DNA of 59,303 bases, the filler included, from Sphacelaria rigidula (Eukaryota): NCBI GenBank assembly GCA_964200075.2. It is 10 parts of 10 records of this genome, joined end to end, with 100 filler letters (N's around TTAATTAATTAA, not from the genome) between each part and the next. Parts side by side here need not be neighbours in the genome. Positions count along the whole stretch, not along the records: positions 47,525 to 53,364 come from CAXNAA020024056.1; positions 53,465 to 59,303 come from CAXNAA020024057.1; 8 more parts are not named here. One strand, 5' to 3'. Both the position numbers and the translations under genes were made by a program. Shown in pieces: positions 51,807-59,303 of this stretch (positions within the stretch are counted from its first letter, which is position 1; the number at the start of each line of letters is the position of its first letter). The notes under the pieces are model-generated. The model was not told the origin of the DNA, did no database searches, and saw nothing but the letters and a program-made list of their open reading frames with translations.

Positions 51807-53040
51807 GTGAGCACAGAATTCGCTGTTTTCGGGTAGTTAGTGATGTGGTATCCTTTGTATGCGTTTGTTGTTTTCGGTTGCCTTGCGGTGTCAGTCGTGT
51901 GATCAGATATCCCAAACCACAGCGCCAGCCAAAGAAATTACAGACAGTGAGGTAGCGCACACTCTCAGCAGCGTAGTGCGTGGGAGGACCGCGTGCGTTT
52001 GAACCGCGTGAGAATTTAAACACCCCACGGTCGACGTTTTTCCAGATCGCTTGGGCCAGTCCCTGCAGGGACCGCGCCCCCGACCCCAGCCGTAACACGA
52101 ACTCTATCCCCGACTCTAACAATACGAACCTTAACAATAGGGGCATTTAAACTCGGATGCGATCCAAAACGCATGCGGCCCACCCACGCATTACAGCAGC
52201 ACCGCAGGCGAGTAGGTCGCGCTGGATTGTTTCTGCTGATCACCCCGAAAGTGTGTATGTCGGTCAACGGCGACCGCTGTACTTGATCCCAACGGGTGAA
52301 CCACCGCTGCCGATACAGCCACCAGATGTACACGGCGGACCCGCGGCACTTTTTATTCTTCGATATGACCCAGGGCGACACTAGTAAGGTTCCTGGTGAC
52401 TCTCGAACTCTTGCGAGCGCCACAGTGTATGCACCGGGCACCTCTGCGAAGTGTTGCGTTGGAGTCCGAAACGTTCAGACTTCCCAACTTGAAGCGTAAC
52501 AAATCAAACCGCTTCATTCTCGGACAAGTCTGGACGCCAAGTCTGAAAACGCCGGAACTTTGGGGATCACCAAAAAACAGTGTCGATAATAATGGGCCTT
52601 ACGGCAGGACGATCTGTGTGTATATCACAAAGATATTAGAGAGATGCCGCGGTAGCCTCCCCCATGACAGTGTATTGGGGACCGAGGCAAAATCTACATG
52701 GCAAGTGTTCAGACCTGGTTATTTATTAAACGCGCTAAATCCACATTTCGCCGTACAGTAACATATTTCCGAACTGGCTTTTGAAATCAGCTACTCGTAC
52801 ATCTCTGCATTCTTCTAGACATGTTTTCAGACCTGGTCTCTGAACCAGCTGTCTGCATTCTTCACGCTATGTATTCTGGGACCTATTCTCTGAAGCCACC
52901 CATCATCTCTCTGTGTATTGTCGTCCCATCTATTCTGGACGCCAGTCTACACCTACCTGTCGGTATATGTGGGTGGACCAGCCGGGATCACACAGCGGGA
53001 AGGTCGAGACAGGGGCTTTTTTGTATTTATTTTTAATAGA

Positions 53041-53364
53041 CCGGTCGCCCTGGTGGCTGAGTTGGTAACCTCGAAATCTTCTGATGGTAGAGTAGTGGGG
53101 TTCGATTCCCGGAGCGATCTGGGATTTTTTCTTAGTGGAGAGCGACTATGTCGTGGGTATACAAAATTCGACTTAACGGTCGACGAGGGAAAGGGACTGC
53201 TGAACCCCTCGCGCGAATAAAAATAATAAGGCACGACGCACCGCAGAAGGAAGGTGGGGTACGAAAAAAACAAATAAAAAAGGAAAAGCTCCTGTGTTGA
53301 CCTTCCTCCTGTGTGACCCCGGCTGATGCGCCCACATATACCGAAAGGTGTAGACTGGCGCCCA
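53041..53364 (+). mobile_element. tRNA-derived SINE (runs to contig end); inverted 3' fragment at 52912-53030
   Basis: A box TGGCTGAGTTGG, B box GGTTCGATTCC; colinear with 18656-19026. Confidence 0.82.
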
Positions 53365-54254
53365 NNNNNNNNNNNNNNNNNNNNNNNNNNNNNNNNNNNN
53401 NNNNNNNNTTAATTAATTAANNNNNNNNNNNNNNNNNNNNNNNNNNNNNNNNNNNNNNNNNNNNTGCGTTAGTCGTTTGACCATTGACCACGCATCCCTT
53501 TCGAGACGGAGCATGGCCGTTGAAGGGGGGGGGGGATATTAAGCCTCGGACCGCGAGGGTAGTCCATTTTGATCATGCAAACATTTTTCAAGTGAAGTTG
53601 ATCCTGATTTAACAGATGACTACTTTCACCATCTAAGCGTCTGGTCAACGTACCAAATGATTTGATCCATAGGTACGAGTATACATCCACAACTTGCGCC
53701 ATGAGCGGTTTTCCACATCCCTCGCCGTGAGCTGTACATGATCTAGGGTTGCTCGGCTATTCGATCCGACTACTCGAAAGCTGATGCGACTCTTCTGGCG
53801 ACATATTCCGAAAACCTGACTCATCAATAACTTTTCCCAAAAAATCGACTTTGTTGTCACATCCCCCGCCTCAGATTTCATAATCCAACCACGAACAAGA
53901 TATCTCAGAGTTGCTCAGCTACTCCGATTGCTCAGACGTCGATGTTATTTCTCAGGCTCCTTATCGCGCAGAGTTTTGCGCATCAGCAACACTTGTCAAC
54001 TTTTTTTTTCGGCATCGTTTGCCTTTTATAAATATTTAGTTTTAATCTACAGGTATTGTAACCCACGATTTCTCTGCTAATTCGTCCGTTTGGTCAATAA
54101 AAAAAGCTAATGTAAATATTTCTGGCAAGCTTCACACGCACATAAATGGCGCAACGGCGGCTGTTGGCGAAAAACGTCGATGGTCGCTTTCTTCAACATT
54201 TTGTTCATCCGTGAACTTTGAATTAAAACAACCCAACAATAATAAAAAACGCAG

Positions 54255-54498
54255 GGTTGTTCGGCTAATCCGGCTACTCAAGCTGGCGCGAATTTTCCGA
54301 CTATCCCGCAAGATGGCGCATGTGGACTTTACTCGGCACATCAACCCTTCTATTGTGCGGCTCGTCAAGCTGCTCCTCAAGATAATGTTCGCGGCGCACT
54401 TGTTGGGGTGCATGTGGTTCATGGTGAACGAATGCCAGGCGAGCGACGACGGGGAAGACCCATGGATGACGTGCGGAGGCGTCACCCTGCAATCAAAG
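54255..54498 (+). CDS. Exon of a voltage-gated KCNH/CNBD-type cation channel (S4-S5)
   Basis: CAG|G acceptor and AAG|GTAAG donor; VVRLIRLLKLARIFRLSRK (S4), then INPSIVRLVKLLLKIMFAAHLLGCMWF (S5 HxxxCxW motif). Confidence 0.88.
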
Positions 54499-56217
54499 GT
54501 AAGGGATGGTTACTTCACCGCGTCAAAGCCATGTGTCGCATATGGAACCATAGGTGCAAACCACTGGCGAAATTCGAAAACAGCTGCTTTGGTGGATCAC
54601 TATTCAGGCCGAATTACGCTTGTCACCCCAAATTCACTTATCCGCGAATGTTCACGCGGATTCTTGGGGCCACACTCTCAGAATGTGCACACATGTACCA
54701 TGGAATATTAATATATGGCACAACACGAACGAGCAAGTCTTCATCCACTGTCAAAGCTCACCCGTAGGGATTGGGCCAGCCAGTGGCTACAAAAGAGTGA
54801 CGGAATCCCAAAAGTACTTGATTAGGCCCAAGCTATGGGTGGTAAGTGAGAGTGAGGTGGTGCGCGTCAACTTCTGATCTCGGACACCTTAACCTAGACA
54901 CCTATTGTCATCGGTCAATACTAACAATGTAGAGAGAATGAAACAAGCAAAATGCGCATGAAAGAGTTACTGTAGCCAGCCCCTGATCAGTCATCTAGAC
55001 TACTCACACCTGCCCAATACAGAACGGGACCACGGAATATTCAAGATAAGGAACATGCATGGCAAGATCCGCGGCAGCCCCAGACAAGTAACCTGCGCTC
55101 TTCCAACCTACCGACCACAGACAAAACGCCACGAATATTCTCGGACTCTCCCATCGTCACATACAAATATTTTCCATCAGGCACGTAGGCATACTGACCT
55201 GTCCAGCTTGGAATCATTACATCTAAATCAAAGGTCATGCGTATATGAAGCTATTGTTCCATACAGGCTGGTCCAACCTAGAAACGGGTTTAAGCTCTCA
55301 AAGCAATATCTCATCGACACGGAGGAGCTGGGCCGTGATCCGCGAGGGAAAGGTGCCCATCTGCTGAAAAATCTGGACCAATTTTTTCTCATTGATTGAA
55401 CCCCGTGTCTAGTGTAGTAACTTCTAAACCGTACGGAGATAGTGCCTATACTAAAGTCTATATGAAACCTCGAACGATGTATTCAGCGGATGATGACGAT
55501 TTTTGGTCTGGACATTCCCTGGAGCACGGGGAAACGATAGATACTCTCATCTTTACCTGATTCGTTATCAATCTCGAGATAATAATATATTCTATACTAA
55601 AATCAATATATTACGAGCATAGGAACTAAATACACTAAATCTGAATATCGCGTCTCAGATTTTGAGGGTTGTGCTTTGAAACTTTGTGTGGAGAATCGCT
55701 AGTGAAAAATATAATATTACACATCAGCTTTGTTCATTTTGTTCACTTTTTTTCGTTTTTTTCGTCTTTTAGGGGAGTTTTAAGTGAAAATGAACATTGC
55801 TGTTGGACCTTATCTCAGTTTTTGAGCTCATTTTTTGGAGTTACGGCTTGATACTCAGCAAAGCGTTCTCGTGAAAACAAATGGTCGTTATCATACTAAA
55901 ACGCCCTGAACCAGTGAAAAAGCAAACAAAAACCAACATTACCCACTTGTTTCGGTTCATGATGCCCTAGCGAGGTCCCACACAAGATTTCAATACACAA
56001 ATATCAAATGTGGGCCGGTAAGTGGCCGGCAAAATACTGCTCCGAATTTCTGCCGACCACTCAGCCAAGGATGTAATACATACGTTCGAAGCGAGTATCG
56101 CACGGGAAGCTCATCACTCGCTGCAGGATTCCTCGTGATTCGGTTTCAGGGAGCCCGCCAAGGCATAACAGTCAACGCTTTTTTTGTAGATGAAGGACTT
56201 CGTCAGCAAGCCACCGC

Positions 56218-56290
56218 GTCTCGGTGGCGTAATGGTGCAACTGACGCCACTAAGGTGGAAGTGACACGGGTTCGATTCCCGCCTCATTTG
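56218..56290 (+). mobile_element. tRNA-like head (SINE or tRNA pseudogene)
   Basis: A box TGGCGTAATGG, B box GGTTCGATTCC; acceptor stem does not pair. Confidence 0.45.
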
Positions 56291-56697
56291 TTTGGGGCTT
56301 TTCTTGATAAAAAATTATAATACGTCGTTGAAAGCGTGATGACGTCCGTGACTAGGAAAAATACTTGTCTTCACTGCGTCAAGTTGACGAGAGTCGACGC
56401 GGGCCGGAAACGTCGACCCAATCCACGACACTAATATGCGTTGAAGGTCGCCCGGTAATATTTTTTGTTCCGAAGTGAGGCCCGACGCTCGAGAGGTCAA
56501 GGCCCTCGTATCGTGGATATGTAAAATATGCCGCGAGATCTCCGGTAGTGGTCATCACCCTACTCCGGGTTGCTCAACTCTGTCCAAATGAGTCGGACCA
56601 ACTACGGAGCTCTGGCGTTGTCGCATTTTGAAGGTGTTCTCGTGCTCGTACCACACGCAGCCGCCTGCACAATGCTCTAGAATGCCAGTGAGCGAGA

Positions 56698-58865
56698 CAC
56701 ACTCTGGACAATCGACGTAGATGGCAATATTTTCTTCCGCAATAGCCATCGATCGTTTCTCTTTCTATTTTCGTCGGCAATTTCTATCGATAGACCAGTT
56801 CCCACACTCTTGTCTGGGCAGCATTCTGCTGTGGCCCTCCACCAAAATTTAATGCGACCGACCAAATGCATCGATCGATAGCTTTACAGATGTATTGATG
56901 ACGGCAATGGCTATCGATAGACCGTGTGCCAAATATATTGATCACGACGATGGCTATTGACATATTGTATACCAAATCTATTGATGATGGCAATAGCTAT
57001 TGACAGATTGCGTATAAATCTATGCATGGCGGCAATGAATATCGATAGATACATACCAAAATCTACTGAGGTATAAAATGCCTATCGATAGATATTCTCT
57101 GTCGTCTATTGCCACACCTACATCGCAACACACTACATACAGAGCAGTTTATACTCCGTTCACGTACGGTAGAGAAGCCGCAGGTGGACATGCAGTCGGT
57201 ATATAATGACACTACTTGTGAATATATGACATCATGTTTCTACAATTTTGGAACGCTTGCCTTTTGTAGGAATCCACAATATGTGTGGACAAAAGTTTAC
57301 ATATTTTGTTGGTGTGGACAAAAGTTTACAACTTTTGTTGCTGGTGTGGTGTTGGTACCTATGGTTCTCCCTCTGGTGGACATGAGCGCTTATGGTACTT
57401 TTGTGTGTGGGTGAGATTTGCTTATACCCTGGACAAAAGACTCTGTAATACAACATTTTCGCTGAAATAGCACACATCTCCATTGTCAGTCATACTCGAC
57501 TGGCATCAATATCTATCGATAGCTATTGTAGGCGACAATGGATCCGGGACAAGAAACAGGATGTGCCATTACCGCGACAATGGAGGGGGCAAGTTGTCTA
57601 TCGATACATTTTATTTGTTGCAATTGGCTCTAAATTGCGGTCACTCATGTATATTGGTAATCACAAAAGGATCTGCCACGCAACCACCAATACATATTGT
57701 TGGTCATAATAGGACCTAAATTGCGTCCACCAATGTCTATTGAGGGTCACAATAGAACCTGAATCGCGGCCATCAGTGTCTATCGCTGGTCACAATATAA
57801 TCTGAATCGCGGCCACTAATAACGTTTTCGTGAGATCGAGAGTAGAACGCTGATCGAGAGTGGCTTTGATAATTCGCTATAACTTGGACAATTTTTCATG
57901 CCATGTGTGTTTTTCTTTGCCTCCATAACTGGCGTGTGCTTACAGCTACACGTCGATATCCTACCCAGGGATATCAAGAGCCTCAGTGGCAAGCTACTAT
58001 GGAACGCATATTGGGCCTCGGGGAGGGGAATATCGGAACTGCAACGATTCATTCACTAATTGACCGCGTTCCACTCTCAATCGTATCCTCTACTCATTCT
58101 CACGAAAACACTGTTCAATATCTATTGCTGACAACAAAAGTAGCTGAATGGCGTCGATTACTAGCGCTATGTATGCACATTTTTCTATGTATGATTCCAC
58201 CTTATTCCATAGAGGCTATGGCCAGCTATAGCCTGAGGTCGTTGCGTGTTCATGTGTAGGGGGTATTGCCGTGGATGTCATAAGACCACTGCAGTGAGCA
58301 ATCTATTTTTCACAACCTATCGTTGGCGTCACTGGCTATCGATAGGTGCCCCCGAGAACAATCGATTGCTGACGGCAATGGCTATATTGATAGATACCAA
58401 AAAATACATTGTTGGTGGCACAGGCTACCGATAAACGGCTAACCAATCTATTGATAACAGTGTTAGATATTGATAGATTGCTCACCTAATCTACTGATGA
58501 AGGCAATGACTATCGATGGATGGCTCACCAAACCTACTGATGATGGCAATGACTATCGATGGATGGCTCACCAAACCTATTGATTATGGCAATGACTATC
58601 GATATACTTCGAAGTATATACCCCAAAAATCTGTTGCGGTACACGATGTCCATCGATGGCGAGTGATATTTATCTGTTGTAATTACCATAGGCTATCGGT
58701 CGGCTATTGTAGCATCTATTATCCCTTGCAATGCATATCTATAGATGTGTTTCACCATCTATCGTGTTCGATAATATATATATATATATATATATATCGA
58801 AAGGTTATCCCCCGTGTCCATTGCTGAGGCAATGGACTATTGTTGTGCCCATTGTCCAGAGTGTG
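56698..58865. mobile_element. Complete non-autonomous TIR element (2168 bp including a nested MITE), TSD GAGA
   Basis: Perfect 15-bp TIR CACACTCTGGACAAT / ATTGTCCAGAGTGTG; GAGA on both flanks; internal ATCGAT-rich tandem repeats. Confidence 0.85.
57818..58115. mobile_element. MITE family B, nested
   Basis: Colinear with 42335-42635. Confidence 0.88.
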
Positions 58866-59303
58866 GAGATTTCAAAGTTGGAAACCCTATCCACGTTGAC
58901 CGCGTGCCGTTCTGTGATTGAAGGGTCTAACTTTTGTTCCGTGACGGGTACGGTCGAAAAACTGTCGCAAAAAAATTTGGCGCGCACGCAGACGATGTGG
59001 CACAAGACCAAATGAAAACCCACGAGACTCTTTGCATAGACACGAGACAGTCCAAAAATGCCTTTTACCCGCTAAAAGCAGCCGATCAAGAGTTCAGCCA
59101 CAGGTGTGATATGTGCCTGCCCAACCTTTAGAAGGTATTTGACCATTCATATTCGACTTCAAGCTTGTTGCCTTGTGAGCAAGTCCTTTCAATTCGGACG
59201 CTATTGGTCGTTCTTAACGAAGCGCCCCCCGCCCCCCCGCCCCCCCCCCCCCCCCCGCTCACATCACATCCCACGCGCCGAACCCCAGCACACTACCCAC
59301 ACC

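Noticed and set aside
53041..53115. Functional tRNA genes (also ~23240-23305, ~24025-24085, 56218-56290)
   Set aside because: A/B boxes are present but there is no proper cloverleaf; the best example continues into a SINE body

Overview
Eukaryotic, repeat-rich DNA, most likely a brown alga (Phaeophyceae). This is an inference from the short exons, long introns, long 3' UTRs, TTAGGG repeats and transposon spectrum. The window is not one locus. It is ten ~5.84 kb contigs joined by identical artificial 100-nt linkers (44 N + TTAATTAATTAA + 44 N), so nothing can be inferred across the linkers. Host genes are partial and spliced: the 3' end of MCM2, a probable NDUFA7/B14.5a-like gene, a coiled-coil protein gene with a GC-AG intron, the C-terminus of a BTB/BACK protein, and one S4-S5 exon of a KCNH/CNBD-type channel. 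The rest is Ty1/Copia elements, two decayed LINEs, a tRNA-derived SINE, many MITEs and minisatellites. Four observations stand out. (1) A circularly permuted Copia has one central LTR, is opened inside integrase at a 4-bp duplication, and is bracketed by the two ends of another TG..CA element. (2) Several unrelated TIR families share xACA...TGTx termini, four of them with 4-bp TSDs. (3) Two related loopless palindromes occur, one inserted cleanly into a LINE ORF. (4) A MITE family carries telomeric repeats. No CRISPR, rRNA or intact tRNA was seen.
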